DNA of 63,827 nt, filler included, from Stramenopiles sp. TOSAG23-2 (Eukaryota): the NCBI GenBank assembly GCA_900128395.1. It is 6 parts of 6 records of this genome, joined end to end, with 100 filler letters (N's around TTAATTAATTAA, not from the genome) between each part and the next. Parts side by side here need not be neighbours in the genome. Positions count along the whole stretch, not along the records: positions 37,648 to 50,090 come from LT649854.1; positions 50,191 to 62,613 come from LT649855.1; 4 more parts are not named here. The stretch is one strand, 5' to 3'. The translations under genes and the position numbers were made by a program. Below are positions 45,026 through 56,096 of this stretch, piece after piece (the stretch's first letter is position 1; every line of letters begins with the position of its first letter). The notes below the pieces were generated by a model, which saw nothing but the letters and a program-made list of their open reading frames with translations, made no database searches and had not been told where the DNA came from.

Positions 45026-46516
45026 ATGTTAAATACCATTCATAAAGTCACTGGTGTAAAAATAAAACCAAATGATTCAAAAAGATTATTGTATATATGT
45101 ATTGTATTGTTTTTATTATTAACTTCAAATGGGATATTGTCACCAATACGCGATACGTTAGGCTCGATGCAAGGTAAAGATGTTGTGTCATATTTGGTAT
45201 CTATGTCTACATTTACTATGATTGCAATTAATCCGTTGACGTCATACATTGCAAATAATTGTACTACATTAATCATGGGTAAAATTTATATTCGTGGTGC
45301 TTGTATAACTTGTCTACTGTTTTTTTTAATTTTTCGTTTTCAACCAACATTTGATAATATAACTATGTCTATATTTTTCATTTGGGCTAATTTACATTCT
45401 GTATTGTCTGTATCAGTCGTATGGGGTGTTTCCGGCGATATATTGGATTTAAAAGAATCACGTTCATATTTTGCATTATTAAGTTTAGCAGGTACTGCTG
45501 GTCACATATGCGGCGCCGGGTTAACATCCTTTTTAACACGAAGAAATGTGAATGTAAAATATATATTATTGATCCCAATTGTGTTGTTGGAAATATGTTA
45601 TGAAATATATATTTATGTTTTAAATATGAAACAAGATGAAGAAAATGAAAATAATATATCGTCATCACAACAACAGTCGTCTCAACAGAAAGACAAGAAA
45701 GAGGTAAACAAAAAAGGTACCAACCAGAAAAACGAAGACAATAGTTTGGCATCTAATTTTTGTAGTGCATGTTCATCATTGTATACATTGTTTATAATTT
45801 TATATACAACATGTTATTCAGTTGGTTTAACAATGTTGTATCTAGAAAAAATCAGTATATTATCACATTTAAATACAAATGAGAAAGCACTTGCATTTGC
45901 AAATATGAATTTTTTTGGCTCAATAACTACAATGGTAATACAAATATTTCTAGCAGGTCGTATGTTATCAAAATCTTCCACATCAATATCTTTATTATTA
46001 TTACCATTGTCATTTAGTTTTGGGTTTTTCTGTATTTTTCAATGGAATGATGATGGCAATGCTATGAAATCGTTGTATATGTTTGAAATTTTAAGACGTG
46101 CTGTTGCATATGGTTTTGTCAAGCCTGTACGTGAATTGTTATACCAAGCTTTAGATAAAAGTCAAAAATATAGCACAAAAGCTTTCAATGATAGTATTGC
46201 TAGAAAAGTCGGAGATATGTTCGCACCATTATATAGTGTATTAACCTCTGAATGGAGGATGCTAAATGTAACGTGTGTTTGTACTTTGTGGTGTTGGCTT
46301 GCCGTTTATTTGGGAATAACATTTGATAAAAAAATGGTGTCTACTTCATCTTCAGGTCGTAGTAGTAGTAAAAAAAAAGTTCGTGCGAAAACTCCAGCTA
46401 AGAAGAAAGCAACACCAGCTAAAAAAAAGAAAGCAACACCAGCTAAAAAAAAGAAAGCTACCCCGAAAAGCAAAGGGCGTACAGCAAGTAGAAGAAGAAG
46501 AAGTTCAAGACGCTAA
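45026..46516 (+). CDS. NTT/TLC (ATP:ADP antiporter-like) MFS transporter with appended Lys-rich tail
   Basis: LSPIRDTLG, FFIW...SVVWG..D, GTAGHICG, RRAVAYGFVKPVRELLY, KYSTKAFND..ARKVGD. Confidence 0.8.
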   Translation: MLNTIHKVTGVKIKPNDSKRLLYICIVLFLLLTSNGILSPIRDTLGSMQGKDVVSYLVSMSTFTMIAINPLTSYIANNCTTLIMGKIYIRGACITCLLFFLIFRFQPTFDNITMSIFFIWANLHSVLSVSVVWGVSGDILDLKESRSYFALLSLAGTAGHICGAGLTSFLTRRNVNVKYILLIPIVLLEICYEIYIYVLNMKQDEENENNISSSQQQSSQQKDKKEVNKKGTNQKNEDNSLASNFCSACSSLYTLFIILYTTCYSVGLTMLYLEKISILSHLNTNEKALAFANMNFFGSITTMVIQIFLAGRMLSKSSTSISLLLLPLSFSFGFFCIFQWNDDGNAMKSLYMFEILRRAVAYGFVKPVRELLYQALDKSQKYSTKAFNDSIARKVGDMFAPLYSVLTSEWRMLNVTCVCTLWCWLAVYLGITFDKKMVSTSSSGRSSSKKKVRAKTPAKKKATPAKKKKATPAKKKKATPKSKGRTASRRRRSSRR

Positions 46517-47053
46517 GAAAAAGAAAATATTCTATAATTCTCCGGGGTTAAATATTTGATGTTTGATAGACGACATACAAAATGAGTATCATATGATAAA
46601 AGAAGACGATAACTACTGTATGTGTACAGGTAAATTGAGGGATGATTTTAATTCGTAGATAATTTGTTTTAGAAAAACAAAAGCAGAGAGAGGAGAGGGT
46701 ATATAGTATATGCGCGTATATATATAATATAAGGTCACAAGAATAATATGATAATATACTCTCGTAGAATAATATGATACAGTAGTTATCGTCTTCTTTT
46801 ATCATACTCATTTTGTATGTCGTCTATCAAACATCAAATATTTAACCCCGGAGAATTATAGAATATTTTCTTTTTCTTAGCGTCTTGAACTTCTTCTTCT
46901 TCTACTTGCTGTACGCCCTTTGCTTTTCGGGGTAGCTTTCTTTTTTTTAGCTGGTGTTGCTTTCTTTTTTTTAGCTGGTGTTGCTTTCTTCTTAGCTGGA
47001 GTTTTCGCACGAACTTTTTTTTTACTACTACTACGACCTGAAGATGAAGTAGA
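46340..47053. repeat. Long inverted repeat (arms 46340-46621 and 46777-47053) spanning the 3' ends of two convergent genes
   Basis: Arms are reverse complements except a 5-bp indel; 155-bp spacer. Confidence 0.95.
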
Positions 47054-48088
47054 TAATAATAATGCATCTGCCTCATCAACTGATAAACGTTCATCACGAT
47101 ACATCAATTCAAGCTCAACACCTTCTTCATCCAACCAATCTTCACCCGTTTTTGGATGGGTCATGTATAAAGAGTTGAAGCCAAATGATTCAAGCAATTT
47201 CACCATTTTTCTATTGGAACTTCCACCTGCAATGTTCACAAGGAAACTTGTGCTTGACGATTTTGCTGCATTCAACGCAGCAGCTAAACATAAACGACCA
47301 TATCCACTACCACATACAATAGGAATATCCGTCCATTTCGCACTTCCAGCATTACCAATTTCTTTTGCAATGTTTCTACCCTTGCTTGATAATTTGACAG
47401 TAGGATCGTAACGATGATGACTTTCATCTGGGCCTGGGTAGCTACTTAAATATGCATCATGCAATACAACCATACCTTTAATGTCCGAACCGTCTTTAAG
47501 AACAAAGATGCGTAAACCTTGCCAAGCAAAATTTGCACCTCCATTATTAATATCGTATTCATCATCATCTGGAACTTGACCATCAATTTTACTTGAACCT
47601 TGTAAATATGTACCAGCAACGCATGATAAAAAGTCGTATACAAAGGTAGACCTCAAACGCCCGCTAGTTAATTTCTTCAACGTGCCATTTGAACGCAATG
47701 CTTTGTGAACACCTTTTGCCGTTTTAGATGTAACTTCCACAACTTTAACGTTGGATTGTTTTGCTGCAGCAGTTAAAACAGAAGAAGCAGATTTGTAATT
47801 ACTTTTTTTTCTTGGTGTTGGTGGAGCACTGCTACTACTTTTCTTTTTACTGCTACTTTTCTTTTTCCTGGATGATGCTTTTGACTTCTTTGAAGGAGTT
47901 GATGATGATGCTGCAGCTGAAAGCATATAAAAAATGATAAATATACCTATAACTAATGGTATTGCCATTTTATTTGCTTTAATAGCATCCATATCCATAG
48001 CTGCTATGTCTTTTAATAATGAACTAATTAGTGAAGTCGCTGTTTGTGCTACATCTGTTACGGTTTCTATTGCATTATTTTCTGACAT
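46877..48088 (-). CDS. N-anchored membrane protein with GNAT-like acetyltransferase domain and histone H1-like tail
   Basis: TM IPLVIGIFIIFYML; IVCGSGYGRLCL (motif A-like); NRKMVKLLESFGF (motif B-like); TPAKKK repeats. Confidence 0.6.
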   Translation of the reverse strand: MSENNAIETVTDVAQTATSLISSLLKDIAAMDMDAIKANKMAIPLVIGIFIIFYMLSAAASSSTPSKKSKASSRKKKSSSKKKSSSSAPPTPRKKSNYKSASSVLTAAAKQSNVKVVEVTSKTAKGVHKALRSNGTLKKLTSGRLRSTFVYDFLSCVAGTYLQGSSKIDGQVPDDDEYDINNGGANFAWQGLRIFVLKDGSDIKGMVVLHDAYLSSYPGPDESHHRYDPTVKLSSKGRNIAKEIGNAGSAKWTDIPIVCGSGYGRLCLAAALNAAKSSSTSFLVNIAGGSSNRKMVKLLESFGFNSLYMTHPKTGEDWLDEEGVELELMYRDERLSVDEADALLLSTSSSGRSSSKKKVRAKTPAKKKATPAKKKKATPAKKKKATPKSKGRTASRRRRSSRR

Positions 48089-48996
48089 GTTGAATTTGTT
48101 TTTTGTTCCTCTCTTTTTTCTCTTTCGTTGTTACTACCACAATGATGAATGAGTCTAGTTGTTGTTGTTTCAACTGTTTGATAACTATTTGTAAGTGAAG
48201 TGAATGAATATTATATCATCATATACACTTTTTTATAATTCATTTTTTATAAATAATAACCACATAATTAGAATAATAGTGAGATGATAAAAGTATTATT
48301 ATTATTACTGGATGATTACATTAGTACATACATAGCAGCCATACAGTTAGATATATAATACATACTGTATATTATCATAGAGAGCTAGAGGGGGAATACT
48401 ATACTTACTATGGGTACATATACAGGAATATATAACAGTACCTGGTAATATACTAGCATCACATAGGAAAGATAGCACTATGCTGTATCATCAAGAATCT
48501 TATCGAAACTTCACCTGTGTGATGATGTGCACCTGTTGATTCTATTTGATCCTGATGCTGATTGATTTCTTGTTTTTTAAATCTTGTGTGTGCTGTGTGC
48601 TGCCTAACACTGTGGTTGCTATTTAATAACAGGCTTATAATGCTAATACGGCCTAGGTTGTTCATCTTCATGGCTGGGCGGCTGACAATTATTATGAATA
48701 ATATGAAAATAGCATTGGCAATCAATCATCGCCACTCAATCAATAAAGATCAATCTCGAGATTGGTGATGTGATACCTATGGTACAATGGAAATACCATT
48801 ATTATACATCGAAATACCATTACAATGTTATTAAATAATATCACCATATAGTACTCATAACAAATATATATACTATATAGTTCACAAATATTTACATAAA
48901 CATATATAGAACGTAGATCGTATATATATATATATAACAGAACAAACATAAACAATAATAATTACTATATTATATTATATTATTAAATAAAAAACA

Positions 48997-49779
48997 ATGG
49001 CTGTTGGAAAAAACAAGAAATTGGGACGCAAGAAAGGAAGAAAGAAGGTTGTAGATCCTTTTACTAAAAAAGATTGGTATGATGTAAAAGCACCAAATAT
49101 GTTCACAAACAGGGAAGTATGCAAAACACCTGTTAGTAGAACTGCTGGTGTTAAAACATCCACTGAAAGTTTGATGGGTCGTGTATTCGAAGTATCTCTT
49201 GCTGATTTGAACAAAGATGAAGCACTTGGTTACCGTAAAATTAAATTGATCGTTCAAGAAATTCAAGGTAAAAGTGTTTTATGTAACTTTTACGGTATGG
49301 GCTTTGCACGTGATCGTTTATGTGCTTTGATCAAAAAATGGCAAACTTTAATTGAAGCTAGTGTTGATATCAAAACCACCGATGGTTACTCCCTTCGCCT
49401 TTTCTGCATTGGTTTCACCAACAAAAGGAAGAACCAACAGAGAAAAACGTGTTACGCACAAAGCTCCAAAGTACGCAAGATTCGCGCACGCATGATATCA
49501 ATCATGGAACGTGAAGCAGTTAAATGCGACATGAAAGAGTTGGTATTGAAATTTATCCCAGAAATCATTGGTAAAGAAATTGAAAAAGAATGCCAAGGTA
49601 TCTATCCATTAAAAGATGTTTACATTCGCAAAGTTAAAATGTTGAATCAACCAAAATTTGATCTTTCCAAATTGATGGAATTGCATGAAGGTGGTAGTAC
49701 CGAATCAGGTAGTAAAGTAAAACGTGAAATAAACGAAGGTACTGTTGACGGTTTAGCAGGTGCAGGAGGTAGACTTTAA
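48997..49779 (+). CDS. RPS3A: 40S ribosomal protein S3a (eS1)
   Basis: MAVGKNKKL...[16 protein letters not shown]...[11 protein letters not shown]...KKWQTLIEA. Confidence 0.98.
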   Translation: MAVGKNKKLGRKKGRKKVVDPFTKKDWYDVKAPNMFTNREVCKTPVSRTAGVKTSTESLMGRVFEVSLADLNKDEALGYRKIKLIVQEIQGKSVLCNFYGMGFARDRLCALIKKWQTLIEASVDIKTTDGYSLRLFCIGFTNKRKNQQRKTCYAQSSKVRKIRARMISIMEREAVKCDMKELVLKFIPEIIGKEIEKECQGIYPLKDVYIRKVKMLNQPKFDLSKLMELHEGGSTESGSKVKREINEGTVDGLAGAGGRL

Positions 49780-50090
49780 AACATATAATAATTTATCATT
49801 GGTAATATAAAAAAAACTCTTAAAGTTTTAATTTTCATTAATAAATCAATATTTTAACTCTCTCTCTCTCGCCGTATATTTTTATATTGTTATCACACCA
49901 CAAGACTATATACAGAGACACACAAAGGCAATTTACGTACGTACCGAACATACACACACCTCTACGAAGTCGTATTTTTTGAAATAAAAATACTTTTTTT
50001 GTTTAATATAAATATTTTAAAAATTATAGCTGTCCTCTCTACAAATTCAAAAATTCCGCAATAGTACTCTCATATGATATGATATTATAT

Positions 50091-50190
50091 NNNNNNNNNN
50101 NNNNNNNNNNNNNNNNNNNNNNNNNNNNNNNNNNTTAATTAATTAANNNNNNNNNNNNNNNNNNNNNNNNNNNNNNNNNNNNNNNNNNNN
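50091..50190. other. Artificial contig spacer
   Basis: N run with TTAATTAATTAA. Confidence 0.98.
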
Positions 50191-53100
50191 CGATGGCACG
50201 AAAGATTGGCAGGGTATTACCTCCTCGGCAGACGGGACGAAGCTAGCGGCGGTTGCGTATGGTGGCAACATATGGACACTTGTTATACCATGCCCAATTC
50301 CTACCAGCGGTTCCGCCACCATCACCAGCGACTGTACTATGACGGACGAAGTTGCCGTTTCAGGAGACTTGACCGTGACGGGGAACGAGAATACATACTA
50401 CACTAAGATTGAAATGGCTGAATATGACCGGTGGTTCTCCTAGTGGTAGTGGTGGCGGTTCTATTCATATTTCTATTAATGTAGATGCTCATTTGAATAT
50501 CACTCATTGTGTCTTCTACAAGAACAGTGTTGGTTCTAATTATGGCGGAGGCGCAATCTACGCTGATGCATATGATGTTTTGGTCTCTTTGATGAATACA
50601 GAATTTATAAAGAACAATGCCGGTGTTTATGGTGGTGCTGTCTATTTTCGATATGGAACATTAAATAGTCACAATGTTCAATATATTCAGAATAATGCTG
50701 GTCATGGTGGTGGACTATGTTTGTTCTATAATAAGCTCAGTTCCATAAACAATGATTTGTTTACTTTGAACAAAGCAAAATACAGGGGCGGAGGTATTTA
50801 TGTATATGGTATTACCAGTTATAGTAGTATATTGGCTATTGTGCAAACAACATTGAAACACAATAAACAAACGACAGGAAGTAATCACAAGTATGGTGGG
50901 GGTGGAATATACATTGATTCCAATATTATCATTTCCATGAGAGAAAGTATATTCATTGAAAACGAAGCAGAAGCTCAGGATTCTGGGCATCAAATTATGA
51001 CTTACAATGATTCATCTGGTACCCCGTCCATCACACTGGTCAATACAAACTTTACACACATTGATGGAACGGCGAATAATTTCTATGGGCATGATGGTTC
51101 ATCAGGTGGAACTGCCAAATACATAGCCCCGAAAAATTGCGGTACAAACCCATGCACTGTTTCCCCTTTTGCTGGAACATGCACTGCTAGAACGAACACA
51201 ACTTACGGAGTTCTTTGTGACTTGACAGGATGCCCGACTGGTGAATTTAGAAACGCACTAGAAGTTACCGAGTCCATGTTACCCCCTCCCAACCCGCCAT
51301 CATGTTCAGCATCAACGACGACAACACAAGAGCCAACTACAACAACAACAGAAGCACCTACGACAGTAACTACAACAGAAGCATTAATGCTCGGGGGGGA
51401 GTGGAACTGTGCCGATACGAGTGGGGTGTTTACGCTGTCGAATGACTGTACTATGACGGACCAAGTTGCCGTTTCAGGAGACTTGACCGTGACGGGGAAC
51501 GAGAATACATACACGACGCTGACAGCAGCAAGCGGAAAGAGGCATTTTAAGATTGAAAGTGGAACTCCTACGTTGACATTGGAATGGTTGAACATGACTG
51601 GTGGTTCTCCTACTGGCGAGAGTGGTGGTTCTATACGTATTTATAATGTAGATGGACATTTGGATATCACTCATTGTGTCTTCTATAAGAACTCTGTTGG
51701 TTATGAGAAAAGTGGGGGCGCTATCCATGCTTTTGATGATACTAATAAAAATGTTTTGATCTCTTTGACGAATACAAAATTTATAGAGAATAATGCTGAT
51801 TTTGATGGTGGCGCTGTCTTCTTAACATATGGAAGATTCAATAGCCATAATGTTCAATACATTCAAAATACAGCTGCTCGGGGTGGCGGACTCTATTTGA
51901 ACTATCTTAAGGATAGTACGATAAACAGTAATTTATTTTCTTTGAACGAAGCAGTGAACTACGGAGGAGGTATTCATATATATGGTCAGACCTATACTCC
52001 TAAACAAAGTGTATTGGATATAACAAGATCAATATTCAAACACAATAAACAAACGACGGGAACTGGCGATCAATCTGGCGGGGGTGGAATTAGTATTACT
52101 GGATATGTTATCATTTCTATTAGAGAAAGTACATTTATTAAGAATGAAGCCGAAGCTGAGGATCATGGGCATCAAATTAGGACGCGTGAAGATGGCTCTA
52201 ATATTCCCTCCATCACACTGGTCAATACAAACTTTACAAACATTGATGAAACGGCGAATAATTTCTATGGGAAGGATGCTTCTGGAAGTGGAACTGCTAA
52301 ACACACAACTCCGAAAATTTGCAGTACAAACCCATGCACTGTTTCCCCTTTTGCTGGAACATGCACTGCTAAATAACTGTGACTTGACAGGATGCCCGAC
52401 TGGTGAATTTAGAAACGCACTAGAAGTTACTGAGTCCCTGTTACCCCCTCCCAACCCACCATCATGTTCTGCATGGACAAATTGCACCGCCGGCCAGTAC
52501 ATCGCTACGAACGGAACCGATTCATCTGACCGTGTATGCTCACCTTGCGGTGCCGGAACATATTCAGCTTCCGCCAACGCATTCTCTTGCACTGCGTGGT
52601 CCAGTTGTGTAGCGGGCCAAAAGATAGACGCCAACGGCACAAGCAGCACCGACCGGAAATGCGTAGCATGCTCTAGTGGACAATATTCTACCACGACGAA
52701 CCAATTCTCTTGTACCAATTGGACAGCATGTAATTCATCTGAAATAGAAAGTGTTGCGGGTTCTACAACAACAGATAGAGTTTGTGCATTGTCTGAGAGT
52801 CCTTCTCCAACGGCAGAATCGCCATCACCGGGTGGAAATACGCCATCGTCCGAGTCGCCGTCACCTTCTGGAAATACGCCATCGTCCGAGTCATCATCTG
52901 AGTCAACTATAAATTCACCATCACCATCCGAATCAGTCATGGAAGTTACGCCATCTTCGGAAGCCACTGTAGAAGTGACACCATCGCCTAAGTCAGACAT
53001 AGGCTCATCATCTTCTGAGTCACAAGCGGGAGATGCCGTAGATTCGTATCTACCTTCACCACCACCATCTACCCGAAAGCAGCCGACGTATGGTATAAAA

Positions 53101-53382
53101 AGACGAACACCAGCATTTAATCGAGAATCTCTAACGGTGGAACAAATTATTGGTATTAGTAGTGGAACGTTTTTCTTTTTAGTTCTGTTAGCATATGCTG
53201 CGGAGTATGTTGATGAACAAACAGCAGCTCGTAAACGAAAGGAAGAGGAGGCTCGCAAGAAGAAAGAAGATGAGGCTCGTAAGGCAAAATTATTGAAACT
53301 CCGGAAAGCGAAAAAAGCAAAACTTCAGAAAGAGAAAGAATTAAAGAAGAAAAATAGAACCACAGTGGTACCGAATAAATAA
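50191..53382 (+). pseudogene. 5'-truncated cell-surface protein gene (propeller-type repeat, two GGA(I/V) beta-helix modules, TNFR-like Cys repeats, Ser/Pro stalk, TM) with two frameshifting deletions
   Basis: WQGITSSADGTKLAA; FxxN...GGAI repeats; CTAGQY..GT..SDRVC; TM IIGISSGTFFFLVLLAY; frame changes near 50400 and 52372. Confidence 0.75.
50330..52469 (+). repeat. Diverged internal duplication of about 1 kb (about 50330-51308 and 51444-52469)
   Basis: Shared gactgtactatgacggac start and ccatcatgttc end; parallel protein sequence. Confidence 0.85.
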
Positions 53383-53930
53383 TTCAATTGTTTGAAACGA
53401 TCAATAGAACAACACTAGATTCTTCTATATACCCTTGTAATTTAATTATTGATGGGAGAAATCAATCATCTAATTTGTTCAATATGTAAGAAGTAATTTA
53501 ACAGAGATAATTAGTTTTATATATATGTGCATATCTAATATATTAATACGTAAATATTTATTTTAAAATATATCCCTATCAAATTCTATTATTATTTATA
53601 CTTAAATTGTAGTATATAGAATTCGATCGAAATGTTCTTTCACTTTTACTTTAACTTATTGATGTGCTGTTAGAACATATATATAATCGAACGGGCGTGG
53701 AAGGATAGAAACCTACTCATGCTTGTAGAGTATTAGTTTGCAGAGATGCATTAGAGCTTTATTATAGTAGGATAGTATATTTATTCTTGCGATTGAGTAG
53801 TGAGCATATTACTTAACACAAGAAGTGTAAAATTTTTATAACACTACAATAAAATACAAATATTATATATTTACATCGTCGAAACGTGTATCAAAAAGAA
53901 AGATTGTAACACATTAGCAACACAAAAAAA

Positions 53931-55778
53931 ATGGCATCATTATTAACAAAAGAACCAACTGAAAATAATAATACCTCTCTTCTTAATGGAGATACATTAC
54001 TAATGCTCCCAGTAGAATTGCTTGCTATTATCATATCATTTATAACAAATGATAAAAAAGAAATTTTTCGTATTTCACTTGTTAATAAAATACTATTCAA
54101 TTCACTTTTCAACAGTGAAGATATTGGCGCAGATGAAATTTGGCGTTCATTAACTAAAGAAACATTTCGTGTAACACAAGAGAAATTTAATCATTTCCCT
54201 AAAATAAAGTCACATAAAACATTATATTCAATATTGGAGCAATATGTACCGAAAGAAGGATTTTATGTCTTGTCTGAAATGCATCCTTGGGGTATATTAT
54301 TTCTTTTTCATTTTGTAAAAGGGCAATTTGTTGGTGAACTGATGATACCAACAAATGTAATGAATGTACAACCTGAGTATGAAAAACAAGCATATATTTT
54401 AAAGCCTATTTTTGCATGTGATTTCACTGAAGATACTTTACTAGCAGGTAAATTATTGGGTAGTAGTGATAAGAATAATACTTTACTATCATCATCATCA
54501 GGTGACGGTGGAAAATTGTTTGATCGTAAAAACGATTTTAATGTAGAAATCTTAGAATTGGAAAAATTGAATATGGATATTGTCGTTAGACCTTTAATGG
54601 GCAACGCACCCAATGCATTATTTACTGATGTACATTTAAAAAATAAAGGGCATTGCATACGAATTGTACCATTAGTTTCTTCAACCTCATCAACAACAAC
54701 CAAAAAAAAGGAAGAAGAGACGGATGATGATGATATTAATAATAGCAGTACTGCTAATTCTATATTTTCACGATTTTCAAATTCTATTCGTATTTTTTCC
54801 GCTAGAAATTTCTCTAGAGATGGTTCATCAGATTCAACAAAAAGAATGTTATTATCTAATTATGGTCTACCAGAATCAAGTGAAGCTATATCAGCAAGAG
54901 AAATATTGACCAGAATATTCAGTCAATCACCACGTTTTCCAATATCGGAAAAAATGGTGAAAAGTGTATTTGATTTATATAAAGTGAAATTAATGGAAGA
55001 GGCAAAAGAAGAGTCATCAGTTAAGAATCCAAATAATTTAGGATTAACGTTTACATATGTAGATGGTCCAACAAGGAAATTAGATTTAAAATATCAAAAA
55101 GGAATGTTACGGCCAGGGTTATATACAGGTTTTTATCACCCTGAAATGTATGGTAAATTTTGTAAAGAATGTGTATTAATTGAATATAAGAAATATACAT
55201 TTGATGGGAAAAACAATGAGAAAAAGCAAATGAATGATTTAATTACATGGAAAATCATTCAAGATGAAATTTTCAATTCATCTGCTAAATTCCAACAAAG
55301 TGATCCTAGTAATATATTTGATAATTTACAAAAACAAGTGTCAAATTCTCAAATAACGGAAGTAGTATTTTTAACTGCACGCAAAGTGACTGGTGATATA
55401 CACGTGCCAGCAGGAGTAATTACGTTTGCATCTCTTATCTATCCTGAAATTGAATCAATAAGTGATAAAGATAGTACAACAACAAAAAAAGGGGCGGATA
55501 AATATAATATGCAAGATACATTTGTATATGATCGAGATAATGCAAATACAAAGTACAAATTACTGAAAAAATATCGAGGGTGGGGTACAGTTAGTTATCC
55601 TGGTTTTCGCAATCCTTCATGGTTGAAAGGTCATTTCCTACAAGTAGAACCAGATTCAAGTGGAGGAGATCGATTTGGTTTCCATTGGGGTGATATGGAT
55701 GATGATGATGGAAGAGATGAAACTACAATATTAAATTGGGTGACATTACAAAATGATTTTCCATGGTTTAATATTTGA
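53931..55778 (+). CDS. F-box protein, FBXO31-like
   Basis: LLMLPVELLAIIISF F-box; PGLYTGFY, KVTGDIHVPAG, GWGTVSYPGFRNP, DRFGFHW match the FBXO31/DUF3506 C-terminal barrel. Confidence 0.8.
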   Translation: MASLLTKEPTENNNTSLLNGDTLLMLPVELLAIIISFITNDKKEIFRISLVNKILFNSLFNSEDIGADEIWRSLTKETFRVTQEKFNHFPKIKSHKTLYSILEQYVPKEGFYVLSEMHPWGILFLFHFVKGQFVGELMIPTNVMNVQPEYEKQAYILKPIFACDFTEDTLLAGKLLGSSDKNNTLLSSSSGDGGKLFDRKNDFNVEILELEKLNMDIVVRPLMGNAPNALFTDVHLKNKGHCIRIVPLVSSTSSTTTKKKEEETDDDDINNSSTANSIFSRFSNSIRIFSARNFSRDGSSDSTKRMLLSNYGLPESSEAISAREILTRIFSQSPRFPISEKMVKSVFDLYKVKLMEEAKEESSVKNPNNLGLTFTYVDGPTRKLDLKYQKGMLRPGLYTGFYHPEMYGKFCKECVLIEYKKYTFDGKNNEKKQMNDLITWKIIQDEIFNSSAKFQQSDPSNIFDNLQKQVSNSQITEVVFLTARKVTGDIHVPAGVITFASLIYPEIESISDKDSTTTKKGADKYNMQDTFVYDRDNANTKYKLLKKYRGWGTVSYPGFRNPSWLKGHFLQVEPDSSGGDRFGFHWGDMDDDDGRDETTILNWVTLQNDFPWFNI

Positions 55779-56096
55779 AAAAACAAAAAGAGAAATTTTT
55801 AAATAAATTTGTGAGATACGAGAAGCTTCGTACGTCTACGTAAAATTATATCATTACACATCTATAGTCGTATAGTTTTGTATTTTTTATATATATATAT
55901 CAAGTATATATTAGTAGATATTTATTTTGTTTTATATATAAAATATTTGTGTTTGGGGTTCCGTAATATTTTATGTTAATTTTATACCTCTCTCTCTCTC
56001 TCTGTGTAGTGCCATATTTTTAAAACCTGATTAATTCCTGAGATTTACTAAATATGCAACAAATAATTTACGATCCTCTCACAATTTTTTTTTTAT

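Noticed and set aside
48518-48562. Box C (GTGATGA) and CTGA upstream of RPS3A as a snoRNA
   Set aside because: Only about 40 nt apart, with no terminal stem or recognisable guide
2825-52380. Genome-wide programmed frameshifting, RNA editing or altered genetic code
   Set aside because: Conserved genes translate cleanly with standard stops; breaks share no motif and cluster in decayed loci
52029-53258. 409-aa antisense ORF and similar shadow ORFs (11481-12218, 34013-34555, 46920-47411)
   Set aside because: Antisense shadows of real coding regions
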